Shown here: positions 45,775-57,620 of the stretch, in pieces
Numbering within the stretch: position 1 is the first letter of the stretch
How the letters are laid out: each line of letters opens with the position of its first letter
Assembly (NCBI RefSeq): GCF_048403405.1
Contig: NZ_CP183129.1
Reading direction: 5' to 3' (one strand)
Source of the DNA: Escherichia coli
Lineage (GTDB): Bacteria; Pseudomonadota; Gammaproteobacteria; Enterobacterales; Enterobacteriaceae
DNA length: 64,000 nt
Made by a program: the position numbers and the translations under genes
The notes under the pieces: model-generated
What the model saw: only the letters and a program-made list of their open reading frames with translations
Databases searched by the model: none
What the model was told of the DNA's origin: nothing

Positions 45775-47007
45775 TTATCTTTGCTCCCCCATCATCTCCC
45801 GCACAAGTTCCACGCAGCGCAGGAAACGGCTGTCGTAATCGTCCTCTTCAACCCGCACGAATTCGATATTGTTCTCTTCCAGCATCTCCACCAGCAAGTT
45901 CTGGAACTCTTTGCGATCCACCGAACTGCCGAGGCTGCGTAAACCATCCGCCACCCAAGGGGTGTTGTTCTCCAGCAAGATAACCAGATCAAAACGGTAT
46001 TCATCGATCAGCGCCTGCACGAACGGATGCTCCCGCCCTTCGTACTTTTTGCAGAACGCCTGGGTAGTGACAAAATCAGTGTCGATAAACGCCACTTTAT
46101 TGGCGTATTTCACTGCAAAATCAATATATTGCGCGTGTCCTAGCGCGATTTTATCGTAGTCGGAATACTGCAATGCGATCTCATCACCGCCAAGGTGTGA
46201 AAAGACATAATCGCGACCATATTCCCACGCACTGGTGGTATTGAAGATATTGGCAAGTTTGTTTACCAGGGTGGATTTACCGCTCGACTCGCCGCCAAGG
46301 ATCGCCACGGTACGCACAAAGAACGGCTTCACTTCGGTGGGAATATATTCCCAGTAGCGGAACGGGTTTTCGCGGATCTGCGCACCGCTGATACTCATAA
46401 AGGTGCGTTTCGGATCGACCAGCACCGTTTCGATCCCCAGATGTTCCATATACTGTGGCGCATCGGCTTCTTCCGAGGTGTAGATCAGGTCCGGCTGGAT
46501 CCCCTTTTCAGCCATAAACTTTTTGATGCCGTTGCTCCATACATCCCAGCCGTGCGGATATGGCTCCATGCCCTCTTCATTGAAAGCATGAATACGGATA
46601 TTTTTCTGATATTTAAAGGTTTGCAATAACCAGCGCAGACGATCCGGCACGGTGGGCTGCTGCGACATGGCGCTGTCTTCAAACAACGCGCGGTCGCGGG
46701 TATCGTCAAACCCCATAATGATATGCAGCTCGTCAACCTGGCTACAGGCGCGCTGGATAAGGTAGATATGTCCGGTATGCAGCGGGTAGAACTTACCGAA
46801 TACCACACCGATCGTTTTCTTCTGCCGGGGAAACTCAAGCCCTAAAAAACGGTGCAACGCCTCCAGCTTTTGCGCGCTGGGGCTTTTAATTTTGGCATTC
46901 AGTAACTGGCTTAAATACCCTTTGGTCATACCGCTGGCATCAGCTACCTGCTGTAGCGTGCAGCCCTGTTGCTTGATGGCAGTTTTCAGGTAATCAAATG
47001 ACGACAT
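45775..47007 (-). CDS. nadR: NMN adenylyltransferase / ribosylnicotinamide kinase / NAD regulator
   Basis: Track ORF 45775..47028; MSSFDYLKTAIKQQGCTLQQVADASGMTKGYLSQLL starts 7 codons in. Confidence 0.95.
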   Translation of the reverse strand: MSSFDYLKTAIKQQGCTLQQVADASGMTKGYLSQLLNAKIKSPSAQKLEALHRFLGLEFPRQKKTIGVVFGKFYPLHTGHIYLIQRACSQVDELHIIMGFDDTRDRALFEDSAMSQQPTVPDRLRWLLQTFKYQKNIRIHAFNEEGMEPYPHGWDVWSNGIKKFMAEKGIQPDLIYTSEEADAPQYMEHLGIETVLVDPKRTFMSISGAQIRENPFRYWEYIPTEVKPFFVRTVAILGGESSGKSTLVNKLANIFNTTSAWEYGRDYVFSHLGGDEIALQYSDYDKIALGHAQYIDFAVKYANKVAFIDTDFVTTQAFCKKYEGREHPFVQALIDEYRFDLVILLENNTPWVADGLRSLGSSVDRKEFQNLLVEMLEENNIEFVRVEEDDYDSRFLRCVELVREMMGEQR

Positions 47008-47027
47008 ATCTCCCTCCGTATTTCTCA

Positions 47028-48410
47028 TTATAAGTCGTCGAACACGCTAAGCGCGTCGGAGAGTTTTTTAACGCCAAAAATCTGCATCCCTTCCGGCGCT
47101 TTTTTCGGTACGTTAGCCGCCGGAACAATCGCCCGGCGAAAACCGTGTTTCGCCGCTTCAGAGATTCGTTCCTGACCGCTGGGCACCGGGCGGATCTCCC
47201 CTGCCAGCCCGACTTCACCAAACACCACCAGATCCTGCGGTAGCGGTCTGTCACGCAGGCTGGAAACCATCGCCAGCAGTAACGCTAAGTCGGCGCTGGT
47301 TTCGGTTACCTTCACGCCGCCGACCACGTTCACAAACACATCCTGATCGGCCATTTGCAGACCACCGTGACGGTGCAAGACAGCCAGCAGGATTGCCAGA
47401 CGGTTTTGTTCCAGCCCCACTGCCACGCGGCGCGGATTCGCCATCATCGAGTGATCGACCAGCGCCTGAATCTCCACCAGCAACGGACGCGTTCCTTCCC
47501 ACACCACCATCACGGAGCTGCCGGAGGTCACTTCATCTCCGCGACTTAAGAAAATTGCCGAAGGGTTGCTGACTTCACGCAGCCCCTGTTCGGTCATCGC
47601 GAAGACGCCCAGCTCATTCACCGCGCCGAAGCGGTTTTTATGGCTGCGCAAGGTGCGAAAACGGGAGTCGGCATCGCCATCCAAAAGCACCGAACAGTCG
47701 ATACAGTGTTCCAGCACTTTCGGGCCAGCCAGCGAACCATCTTTGGTTACGTGCCCCACCATGACAATCGCCACACCGCGCGTTTTGGCGAAGCGTGTCA
47801 AATAAGCCGCCGTTTCACGCACCTGCGCCACGCTGCCAGGCGATGATTGTACATCCGCCATATGCATCACCTGAATGGAGTCAATTACCATCAGCTTCGG
47901 TTGCTCTTCTTCGGCAATCAGGCAGATTTGCTCGATGCTGGTTTCCGACAACATATTGAGATTGTCAGTCGGCAGGCCAAGGCGATGAGCGCGCATTGCC
48001 ACCTGTTGCAGCGACTCTTCGCCGGTGACATACAGCGTTTTCATCTGCTGGGCCAGTTTGCACAGCGTTTGCAACAGCAGCGTGGATTTCCCCGCGCCTG
48101 GGTTACCGCCAATCAGAATGGCGCTTCCCGGCACCACCCCGCCGCCTAATACGCGGTCGAACTCTTTAAATCCGGTAGAAAAACGCGGCAGCTCCTCAAG
48201 GCTGATGTCGGAGAGTTTCTGGACTTTTGCCACTCCGGCGCTACCGGCATAGCCACTAAGACGCTCGTTACGCGCCACCGTTGGCGACGCAGCAAGACGC
48301 ACCTCGGTGATGGTGTTCCAGGCATGACAGGCACTGCACTGCCCCTGCCAGCGCGGATAATCGGCCCCGCATTCATTACAAACAAAGGCGCGTTTTGGAG
48401 CTTTTGCCAC
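47028..48410 (-). CDS. radA: DNA repair protein RadA (Sms)
   Basis: Track ORF 47028..48458; probable GTG start at VAKAPKRAFVCNECG (zinc finger) with GAGG upstream; Walker A GNPGAGKST. Confidence 0.93.
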   Translation of the reverse strand: MAKAPKRAFVCNECGADYPRWQGQCSACHAWNTITEVRLAASPTVARNERLSGYAGSAGVAKVQKLSDISLEELPRFSTGFKEFDRVLGGGVVPGSAILIGGNPGAGKSTLLLQTLCKLAQQMKTLYVTGEESLQQVAMRAHRLGLPTDNLNMLSETSIEQICLIAEEEQPKLMVIDSIQVMHMADVQSSPGSVAQVRETAAYLTRFAKTRGVAIVMVGHVTKDGSLAGPKVLEHCIDCSVLLDGDADSRFRTLRSHKNRFGAVNELGVFAMTEQGLREVSNPSAIFLSRGDEVTSGSSVMVVWEGTRPLLVEIQALVDHSMMANPRRVAVGLEQNRLAILLAVLHRHGGLQMADQDVFVNVVGGVKVTETSADLALLLAMVSSLRDRPLPQDLVVFGEVGLAGEIRPVPSGQERISEAAKHGFRRAIVPAANVPKKAPEGMQIFGVKKLSDALSVFDDL

Positions 48411-48458
48411 GGTGTACCTCGTTAATGCTGTGCCGCCCGCAGGATGACGGGCAGGCAA

Positions 48459-49427
48459 TTACTTCTGATTCAGGCTGCCAGAGAGGATGCAGAATACCCC
48501 CATCAGGTCAGCGTGACGGATGGTGACTTCCGTCTTTTCATTCACTTTTGGCTTGGCATGGTAGGCAATCCCCAGCCCTGCCGCTTTGATCATCGGCAGG
48601 TCATTGGCTCCATCACCAATCGCCACGGTCTGCGCCAGCGGGATTTCATACTCCTGCGCGAGGCGAGTCAGAGTTTTCGCTTTGTACTGCGCGTCTACGA
48701 TGTCGCCGATCACATTGCCGGTAAATTTACCGTCCATGATCTCCAGTTCATTGGCTACCACGGCTGTCAGGCGCAGCTTGTCGCGCAGGTATTCAGCAAA
48801 GAAAGTAAAGCCGCCGGAGGCAATCGCCACTTTCCAGCCCAGCGTTTCCAGCTTGAGCACCAGTTGCGTTAAGCCTGGCATCAGCGGCAGATTTTCACGC
48901 ACCTGTTGCAGAATATTGGCGTCAGCGCCTTTCAGCGTCGCCACGCGGCTGCGCAGGCTGGCGGTAAAATCGAGTTCGCCGCGCATCGCCCGTTCGGTTA
49001 CCTCCGCCACCATCTCGCCCGTTCCGGCCAGTTTGGCAATTTCATCAATACATTCAATCTGGATGGCGGTGGAATCCATGTCCATCACCAGCAAACCCGG
49101 CGTGCGCAGGTGCGGGATTTTCCCCAGCGGCGCGACATCCAGCTGCGCTTCGTGGGCCAGGCGCGTAGCCCGCGCGGTGAGTGAACCTGCCAGACGAATC
49201 ACCTGATAATCTTCCACGCACCAGGCGGCAACAATCACCATCGCAGCGCCCAGTTTGCTCTGGTATTGGGTCAGACGTTGTTTATCCAGCCCACGACCAT
49301 ACAGCAGCCAGCCGCTACGACCTGCGTGGTAATCCAGTGGCATCACTTCATCACCACTTAATGAAAGAGGCAGACCCGGCCATAAAGAGACATCTTCAGG
49401 CAGGTCGCACCAGGTAATGTTAGGCAT
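48459..49427 (-). CDS. serB: phosphoserine phosphatase
   Basis: Track ORF 48459..49580; MPNITWCDLPEDVSLWPGLPLSL starts 51 codons in (322 aa); DxD motif LLVMDMDST. Confidence 0.95.
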   Translation of the reverse strand: MPNITWCDLPEDVSLWPGLPLSLSGDEVMPLDYHAGRSGWLLYGRGLDKQRLTQYQSKLGAAMVIVAAWCVEDYQVIRLAGSLTARATRLAHEAQLDVAPLGKIPHLRTPGLLVMDMDSTAIQIECIDEIAKLAGTGEMVAEVTERAMRGELDFTASLRSRVATLKGADANILQQVRENLPLMPGLTQLVLKLETLGWKVAIASGGFTFFAEYLRDKLRLTAVVANELEIMDGKFTGNVIGDIVDAQYKAKTLTRLAQEYEIPLAQTVAIGDGANDLPMIKAAGLGIAYHAKPKVNEKTEVTIRHADLMGVFCILSGSLNQK

Positions 49428-49542
49428 TAAGGCTCCTGTAAAATCGTTCGAAGCAGGGAAAATAACGCATGAGGCTACCTTGTATCCATTGCTTCTGGCA
49501 ACATTAAGTCTCAAATTGTACTGACCCCAAAAAGTTGGACAG

Positions 49543-50394
49543 TTAAACACGAGGCATATAGGTCTGATTCCGATATTCAATTGGAGTCAGACCTTTTAAT
49601 TTCAGGCTAATTCTTCTGCTGTTGTAGTATTCAATATATTCCGTAACAGCATCCTTCAGTTCGCTTATATTACTGAACTCATCAAGATAAAAACACTCCG
49701 ACTTTAAGGTTCCAAAGAAACACTCCACCACAGCATTATCCAGACAATTGCCTTTTCTGGACATGCTTTGTTTAATACCATGTTCTTTAAGGATATTTTG
49801 ATATCTTCTCATACGATACTGCCATCCCTGGTCAGAGTGCAGAACAGGATGCTCGTGAGGATTAAGCTTTTTGAATGCCTGATCGAGCATATTCTCAACC
49901 ATGTTCATCACTGGTCTTTCCGAAAGGCTGTAAGAAATAACTTCGTTGTTGAAGAGATCTATTACTGGAGACAAATACAGCTTGCGCCCATTGACTACAA
50001 ATTCAGTAACATCGGTAACCCACTTCTCGTTTGGCCGCGTAGCCTTGAAATCTCTTTGGAGAACATTAGGGGCGGTTTGCCCTACCTCTCCTCTGTAAGA
50101 GCGGTATCGCTTGACCTTAATCGCTGCTTTAAGTGAGAGGGTTCCCATCAGGCGCTGAACAGCTTTATGGTTAATCTGTTTCCCTTCTCGATGAAGAGAC
50201 AGCGTTACCCTACGGTATCCGTATCGGCCTCTATTCTCGTGATAAATCTCACCAATACGCTTTTTAACGTCCGCATACTTGTCAGGCTTGCTGAGAGCCT
50301 TTAGATGGTAATAAAACGTACTGCGCGGTATCTCCGCAGCCCTGAGAAGCTCATCAAGAGGATAAAACTGCCTTAGCTCGTTGAGTACTTTTAC
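49543..50394 (-). CDS. insK: IS150 transposase orfB (DDE domain), expressed as orfAB fusion by -1 frameshift
   Basis: Frame lacks an ATG for its first ~80 codons; track lists only the distal 201 aa; overlaps orfA stop. Confidence 0.85.
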   Translation of the reverse strand, partial: VKVLNELRQFYPLDELLRAAEIPRSTFYYHLKALSKPDKYADVKKRIGEIYHENRGRYGYRRVTLSLHREGKQINHKAVQRLMGTLSLKAAIKVKRYRSYRGEVGQTAPNVLQRDFKATRPNEKWVTDVTEFVVNGRKLYLSPVIDLFNNEVISYSLSERPVMNMVENMLDQAFKKLNPHEHPVLHSDQGWQYRMRRYQNILKEHGIKQSMSRKGNCLDNAVVECFFGTLKSECFYLDEFSNISELKDAVTEYIEYYNSRRISLKLKGLTPIEYRNQTYMPRV

Positions 50395-50912
50395 TTTTTC
50401 GTGGGATGAGCTAAGGCTTTCAGCTTTTTTAGATACATAAGCCGCGTTTCAAGAAATCGAACTTGCCTTTCAAGATCCTCAATGCGTCGGTCTTTTGACA
50501 GCTCCAATGCTGATGCCGCTTTTTCTGGATCAACTGATATTGCAATGTTTCTTTTGGTGCCAATCTTGAGCGCGCGTAAACCAGCTTCTCCGCGCTCTTC
50601 ATAGACCTTCAGCCACCTGGCTACAGAACCACTACCAGCAAGCATAAAGTGAGCAGCAGCCTGATTAAGGGACATGTGCTGCTCGATCACAGCTTTCACG
50701 ACCTTAATACGCAACTCTGGATCAGCACTAACGCCTTTAGGTTTGGGAATTAAACCTTTTTCTCCATGTTTTTCATAGAGGGCAACCCATGTCCTGACCT
50801 GGGTTCGGGGGACACCAAAACGTGCCGAGATGATCCTGTAACCATCATCAGTTGTGAAGTAGTGATTCACGACTTCAAGGCGCTTTTCAAAAGGGTATTT
50901 TGGCTTTGACAT
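50391..50912 (-). CDS. insJ: IS150 transposase orfA (HTH)
   Basis: 173 aa MSKPKYPFEKRLEVVNHYFTTDDGYRIISARFGVPRTQVRTWV... Confidence 0.9.
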   Translation of the reverse strand: MSKPKYPFEKRLEVVNHYFTTDDGYRIISARFGVPRTQVRTWVALYEKHGEKGLIPKPKGVSADPELRIKVVKAVIEQHMSLNQAAAHFMLAGSGSVARWLKVYEERGEAGLRALKIGTKRNIAISVDPEKAASALELSKDRRIEDLERQVRFLETRLMYLKKLKALAHPTKK

Positions 50913-50978
50913 ATTAGGGGCTATTCCATTTCATCGTCCAACAAAATGGGTGCAGTACAAATTTTCAAAGGGTGGAAG

Positions 50979-51623
50979 ATGGCTCGCACAAAACTGAAAT
51001 TCCGGCTGCATCGGGCAGTGATTGTCCTGTTCTGTCTTGCCTTGTTAGTGGCGCTGATGCAGGGGGCGTCATGGTTTAGTCAAAACCACCAGCGTCAGCG
51101 TAATCCACAGCTGGAAGAACTGGCCCGCACCCTGGCGCGTCAGGTGACGCTGAACGTTGCACCGCTGATGCGTACCGACTCACCGGATGAAAAACGCATT
51201 CAGGCGATCCTCGATCAGTTAACGGATGAAAGCCGTATCCTCGACGCGGGCGTGTATGACGAACAAGGCGATCTTATCGCCCGTGCTGGCGAAAGCGTCG
51301 AAGTGCGCGACCGGTTGGCGCTCGACGGCAAAAAAGCGGGCGGCTATTTTAACCAGCAGATTGTCGAACCAATTGCGGGTAAAAACGGACCGCTCGGCTA
51401 TCTGCGCCTGACGCTCGACACCCATACGCTCGCTACCGAAGCCCAACAGGTGGATAACACCACTAACATTTTACGCCTGATGTTGCTGCTCTCACTGGCA
51501 ATCGGCGTAGTGCTGACCCGCACGCTGCTACAGGGTAAACGCACCCGCTGGCAGCAATCGCCCTTCCTGTTAACCGCCAGCAAACCGGTGCCGGAAGAGG
51601 AAGAAAGCGAGAAAAAAGAGTGA
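50979..51623 (+). CDS. ytjB: membrane protein YtjB (Smp)
   Basis: Track ORF 50946..51623; MARTKLKFRLHRAVIVLFCLALLVALMQG starts 11 codons in. Confidence 0.85.
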   Translation: MARTKLKFRLHRAVIVLFCLALLVALMQGASWFSQNHQRQRNPQLEELARTLARQVTLNVAPLMRTDSPDEKRIQAILDQLTDESRILDAGVYDEQGDLIARAGESVEVRDRLALDGKKAGGYFNQQIVEPIAGKNGPLGYLRLTLDTHTLATEAQQVDNTTNILRLMLLLSLAIGVVLTRTLLQGKRTRWQQSPFLLTASKPVPEEEESEKKE

Positions 51624-51650
51624 CCCATTACTACAAGAAAGGAAATCGTT

Positions 51651-52667
51651 ATGTCCACATTACGCCTGCTCATTTCTGACTCTTACGACCCGTGGTTTAA
51701 CCTGGCGGTGGAGGAGTGTATTTTTCGCCAGATGCCCGCCACGCAGCGCGTTCTGTTTCTCTGGCGCAATGCCGACACGGTAGTGATTGGTCGCGCACAG
51801 AACCCGTGGAAAGAGTGTAATACCCGGCGGATGGAAGAAGATAACGTCCGCCTGGCGCGGCGCAGTAGCGGTGGCGGCGCGGTGTTCCACGATCTCGGTA
51901 ATACCTGCTTTACCTTTATGGCTGGCAAGCCGGAGTACGATAAAACTATCTCCACGTCGATTGTGCTTAATGCGCTGAACGCGCTCGGCGTCAGCGCCGA
52001 AGCGTCCGGACGTAACGATCTGGTGGTGAAAACCGCCGAAGGCGACCGCAAAGTCTCAGGCTCGGCCTATCGCGAAACCAAAGATCGCGGCTTCCACCAC
52101 GGCACCTTGCTGCTCAATGCCGACCTTAGCCGCCTGGCAAACTATCTCAATCCGGATAAAAAGAAACTGGCGGCGAAAGGCATTACGTCGGTACGTTCCC
52201 GAGTGACCAACCTCACCGAGCTGCTGCCGGGGATCACCCATGAGCAGGTTTGCGAGGCCATAACCGAGGCCTTTTTCGCCCATTATGGCGAGCGCGTGGA
52301 AGCAGAAATCATCTCCCCGGACAAAACGCCAGACTTGCCAAACTTCGCCGAAACCTTTGCCCGCCAGAGTAGCTGGGAATGGAACTTCGGTCAGGCTCCG
52401 GCATTCTCGCATCTGCTGGATGAACGCTTTACCTGGGGCGGTGTGGAACTGCATTTCGACGTTGAAAAAGGCCATATCACCCGCACCCAGGTGTTTACCG
52501 ACAGCCTCAACCCCGCGCCGCTGGAAGCCCTCGCCGGACGACTGCAAGGCTGCCTGTACCGCGCTGACATGCTGCAACAGGAGTGTGAAGCGCTGTTGGT
52601 TGACTTCCCGGAACAGGAAAAAGAGCTACGGGAGTTATCGGCATGGATAGCGGGGGCGGTACGGTAA
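51651..52667 (+). CDS. lplA: lipoate-protein ligase A
   Basis: 338 aa [57 protein letters not shown]... Confidence 0.95.
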   Translation: MSTLRLLISDSYDPWFNLAVEECIFRQMPATQRVLFLWRNADTVVIGRAQNPWKECNTRRMEEDNVRLARRSSGGGAVFHDLGNTCFTFMAGKPEYDKTISTSIVLNALNALGVSAEASGRNDLVVKTAEGDRKVSGSAYRETKDRGFHHGTLLLNADLSRLANYLNPDKKKLAAKGITSVRSRVTNLTELLPGITHEQVCEAITEAFFAHYGERVEAEIISPDKTPDLPNFAETFARQSSWEWNFGQAPAFSHLLDERFTWGGVELHFDVEKGHITRTQVFTDSLNPAPLEALAGRLQGCLYRADMLQQECEALLVDFPEQEKELRELSAWIAGAVR

Positions 52668-52698
52668 CTCGCTCATTAAAATATCCAGGGAAGGAAAT

Positions 52699-52926
52699 AT
52701 GATCGATCTGGAGAGTCAGGAGCGGGAGGTTATCAATTTAATGTTCAGCCAGGGTATATCCTGGCTAGCCGCCGTGCGTATCAGGCATAAATTATCGCTT
52801 GCTGAAGTAAGTAAAATGTTAGGTATCTCGATTAATTCTCTAAAACGGATCGAAAAGACGGAACGGCTTAGCTCAAACATCAAAAGAAAATGGCAGGAAT
52901 TTATGGTTGTCCACCAGAGTTGCTGA
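52699..52926 (+). CDS. small XRE-type HTH protein; possible N-terminal remnant of a HipA-like (yjjJ/hipH-type) locus
   Basis: 75 aa with HTH-like LSLAEVSKMLGISINSLKRIEK; occupies the lplA-deoD gap where K-12 carries the 443-aa yjjJ (from memory). Confidence 0.35.
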   Translation: MIDLESQEREVINLMFSQGISWLAAVRIRHKLSLAEVSKMLGISINSLKRIEKTERLSSNIKRKWQEFMVVHQSC

Positions 52927-53046
52927 TATACCCTTACTGGATGACGGCTGAACATAAATGAATAGATTCATGAATGGATTTTATTTTCTATCCATATGAA
53001 AAATAATAGTAAATCTATAAATCAGTCGCTATTGATGAATAGATAC

Positions 53047-53077
53047 TAAAAAGCCGGAGCAGTCTCCCGTTCCGGCT
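53047..53077 (-). terminator. putative terminator of the deo operon
   Basis: Minus strand gccgga...tccggc stem followed by T5, ~35 bp after deoD stop. Confidence 0.5.
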
Positions 53078-53109
53078 TCACAAGGCAATCGCCTTTCAGC
53101 GAAACACAA

Positions 53110-53829
53110 TTACTCTTTATCGCCCAGCAGAACGGATTCCAGCGCGATTTTGATCATGTCGTTGAAGGTGGTCTGACGCTCTTCAGCAGTGGTCTGCTCG
53201 TGAGTACGGATATGGTCAGACACGGTGCAGATAGCCAGTGCTTTCGCACCAAACTCTGCAGCCACGCCGTAGATACCAGCCGCTTCCATTTCCACGCCGA
53301 GGATGCCGTATTTTTCCATCACGTCGAACATTTCGCCGTCCGGAGAGTAGAACAGGTCAGCGGAGAACAGGTTACCCACGCGAGCATCAACGCCCAGTGC
53401 TTTAGCCGCGTCTACCGCGTTACGCACCATGTCAAAGTCAGCGATAGCGGCAAAGTCATGGTCTTTAAAACGGATGCGGTTAACTTTGGAATCGGTGCAG
53501 GCACCCATACCGATAACGACGTCGCGCAGTTTTACGTGTGGCAGAACAGCGCCACAGGAACCCACGCGGATAATTTTCTTCACGCCGAAATCGGTGATCA
53601 GTTCTTTGGTGTAGATGGAGCAGGACGGGATACCCATACCGTGACCCATTACGGAAATTTTGCGGCCTTTGTAAGTACCGGTGAAGCCCAGCATACCGCG
53701 AACGTTGTTCACTTCACGGGCATCTTCAAGGAAAGTTTCAGCAATATACTTCGCACGCAGCGGGTCGCCTGGCATCAAAACTACGTCAGCGAAATCGCCC
53801 ATTTCTGCATTAATGTGTGGGGTAGCCAT
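53110..53829 (-). CDS. deoD: purine nucleoside phosphorylase
   Basis: 239 aa [66 protein letters not shown]... Confidence 0.97.
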   Translation of the reverse strand: MATPHINAEMGDFADVVLMPGDPLRAKYIAETFLEDAREVNNVRGMLGFTGTYKGRKISVMGHGMGIPSCSIYTKELITDFGVKKIIRVGSCGAVLPHVKLRDVVIGMGACTDSKVNRIRFKDHDFAAIADFDMVRNAVDAAKALGVDARVGNLFSADLFYSPDGEMFDVMEKYGILGVEMEAAGIYGVAAEFGAKALAICTVSDHIRTHEQTTAEERQTTFNDMIKIALESVLLGDKE

Positions 53830-53908
53830 TGTTTTATCCTTATCAACATGTTTTCACCCTCTCCCTGTGGGAGAGGGCCGGGGTGAGGGCATCAAGCCGC
53901 ACCCATTA

Positions 53909-55153
<1,245 letters not shown>

Positions 55154-55183
55154 TCAAATTTAAATGATCAGACCAGTATACCG

Positions 55184-56506
55184 TTATTCACTGATACGAC
55201 GATAGACAGTTGGTGTGCTTTCCGGTGCTTTATCGGCAAGTTTAATTGCCGCTTTCACCGCTTTAGCCGCTTCCTGCCAGCTGTTTTCGTCTTTCGCGTG
55301 GATAACCGCCAGCGGACGCTGACCGTCTACCTGGTCGCCCAGACGCGCCATATCAGTAAAGCCGACGCTGTAATCGATGGTGTCAGATGCCTGACGGCGT
55401 CCGCCGCCCATTGCCACCACTGCCATCCCCAGCGCACGGGTATCCATTTCACTGACAAAACCTTCGGTATCAGCATAGACTGCTTTCGTCAGCATCGCTG
55501 TCGGTAGATACTTCGCGTAGTTCTCAACGAAGTCAGTCGGGCCTTTTTGTGCCGCTACCATACGACCAAAGACTTCTGCCGCTTTACCGTTGTCCAGCAC
55601 CGCCTGCAATTTCGCGCGCGCTTCGGCGTCATCTTTCGCCAGTTTACCGGAGATAAGCATCTCTACGCACAGCGCCATCGTGACATCAAACAGACGCGGG
55701 TTACGATACTCACCCGTCAGGAACTGCACCGCTTCACGAACTTCAACCGCGTTACCTGCACTGGAGGCCAGTACCTGATTCATATCGGTGAGCAGCGCGG
55801 TGGTACGCACGCCAGCGCCGTTAGCTACGCCAACAATCGCTTCGGCAAGGGCTTCAGAAAGTTCGTACGTCGGCATAAACGCGCCGCTACCCACTTTCAC
55901 GTCCATCACCAGCGCATCCAGACCTTCCGCCAGTTTCTTCGCCAGGATCGAGGCAGTGATCAGCGGGATGGAATCCACGGTTGCGGTAATATCACGGGTC
56001 GCGTAGAAACGTTTATCCGCCGGAGCCAGTGAGCTGGTCTGACCGATAATCGCCACGCCGACGTCTTTAATAATTTCGCGGAAACGGTTGTCATCCGGGA
56101 AAATGTCGAAGCCAGGGATGGATTCCAGTTTGTCGAGCGTACCGCCAGTATGACCGAGGCCGCGACCGGAGATCATCGGAATATAGCCGCCGCAGGCAGC
56201 AACCATCGGCCCCAACATCAGCGAAGTGACATCGCCGACGCCGCCGGTGGAATGTTTATCAACAATCGGGCCATTCAGATGCAGGCTTTTCCAGTCGAGA
56301 ACGGTTCCTGAATCTCGCATCGCCATGGTCAGCGAGACACGCTCAGGCATTGTCATATCGTGGAAGAAAATGGTCATCGCGAGGGCGGCAATCTGCCCTT
56401 CGGAGATAGTGTTGTCGCGAATACCGTTGATAAAGAAACGAATTTCTTCATCGCTCAGCGCATGACCATCACGTTTTTTACGAATAATTTCTTGTGCGAG
56501 AAACAA
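55184..56506 (-). CDS. deoA: thymidine phosphorylase
   Basis: Track ORF 55184..56575; probable TTG start at [21 protein letters not shown] with GGGAGG upstream (440 aa). Confidence 0.93.
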
Positions 56507-56583
56507 GGTAACCTCCCGTGGAAAAGAGACGAGGTAATCGGGGAACCGGATGAGCATCGCTGCGTCATCCGGCAAATCAAGCC

Positions 56584-57363
56584 TTAGTAGCTGCTGGCGC
56601 TCTTACCGTCGCCGTGGCCCAGAGCCTTCAGCAGGCTTGCCAGCAGGCTGGAAGCGCCAAAGCGGTAGTGGCGCGCATCGGCCCAGTCAGCGCCGAACAG
56701 TTCATCGGCGATGGCGAGATATTTCTGCGCATCTTCCGCAGTACGCACGCCGCCTGCCGGTTTGAAACCAACGGTTTTTTCTACGCCCATATCACGGATC
56801 ACTTCCATCATGATGCGCGCGCTTTCCGGCGTCGCGTTCACTGCCACTTTACCGGTAGAGGTTTTGATGAAGTCAGCACCCGCTTTGATGGAGATTTCAG
56901 ACGCTTTGCGGATCAGCGCTTCGTCTTTTAGTTCGCCGGTTTCGATGATCACTTTCAGCAGTACATTCGCTGCCGCGCAAGCCTCTTTACAGGCTTTCAC
57001 CAGGTCAAAACCAACCTGCTCGTTACCCGCCATCAGCGCGCGGTACGGGAACACAACGTCAACTTCATCAGCACCGTAGGCGATTGCCGCACGGGTTTCT
57101 GCCAGCGCGATTTCGATGTCGTCGTTACCGTGTGGGAAGTTGGTTACCGTAGCGATACGGATTTCCGGGGTACCCTGCTCTTTCAGCGTTTTGCGAGCAA
57201 TTGGGATAAAGCGAGGATAGATACAGATAGCGGCGGTATTGCCGACCGGAGTTTTGGCCTGATGACACAGAGCAATTACTTTCTCGTCGGTGTCGTCGTC
57301 ATTCAGGGTGGTCAGGTCCATCAATTTCAGTGCACGCAGGCTGCTTGCTTTCAGATCAGTCAT
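56584..57363 (-). CDS. deoC: deoxyribose-phosphate aldolase
   Basis: Track ORF 56584..57387; [29 protein letters not shown] starts 8 codons in (259 aa). Confidence 0.95.
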
Positions 57364-57620
57364 TTCATTCTCCTGGCTTGTAGCCAATAAAATTCACCTT
57401 GCGAGTTTGTTAGTATTCTAACATCTACTCCGCAACACACTTCGATATACATCACAATTAAGGAAATCTACTTACAAGTTTGCATCACTGTAATGCGATC
57501 TGGTTCAAATAATTCACTTTCAAATGAATGCGTCAGTGGTGGCAAACGCATCAGGATCAAAGTGAACTTCACGAAACTTCTTACAATGGCGCATCACCTT
57601 CGGCATAAAAGGAAAAGAAG

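Larger units (their letters stand above)
49517..50959 (-). mobile_element. IS150 (IS3 family), complete 1443-bp copy
   Basis: Terminal inverted repeats tgtactgaccccaaaaagttggac / gtccaacaaaatgggtgcagtaca; flanked by 3-bp direct repeat AAT; two overlapping transposase frames. Confidence 0.9.

Noticed and set aside
48586-49206. 206-aa plus-strand ORF and neighbouring small ORFs
   Set aside because: Antisense to serB; Ser/Arg/Ala-rich shadow frame.
52959-53044. Short direct repeats (gaatagat, tgaatgg) downstream of deoD
   Set aside because: Too short and AT-rich to distinguish from chance; no spacer-repeat periodicity.
55547-57079. Multiple 70-160-aa plus-strand ORFs
   Set aside because: Antisense to deoA and deoC.
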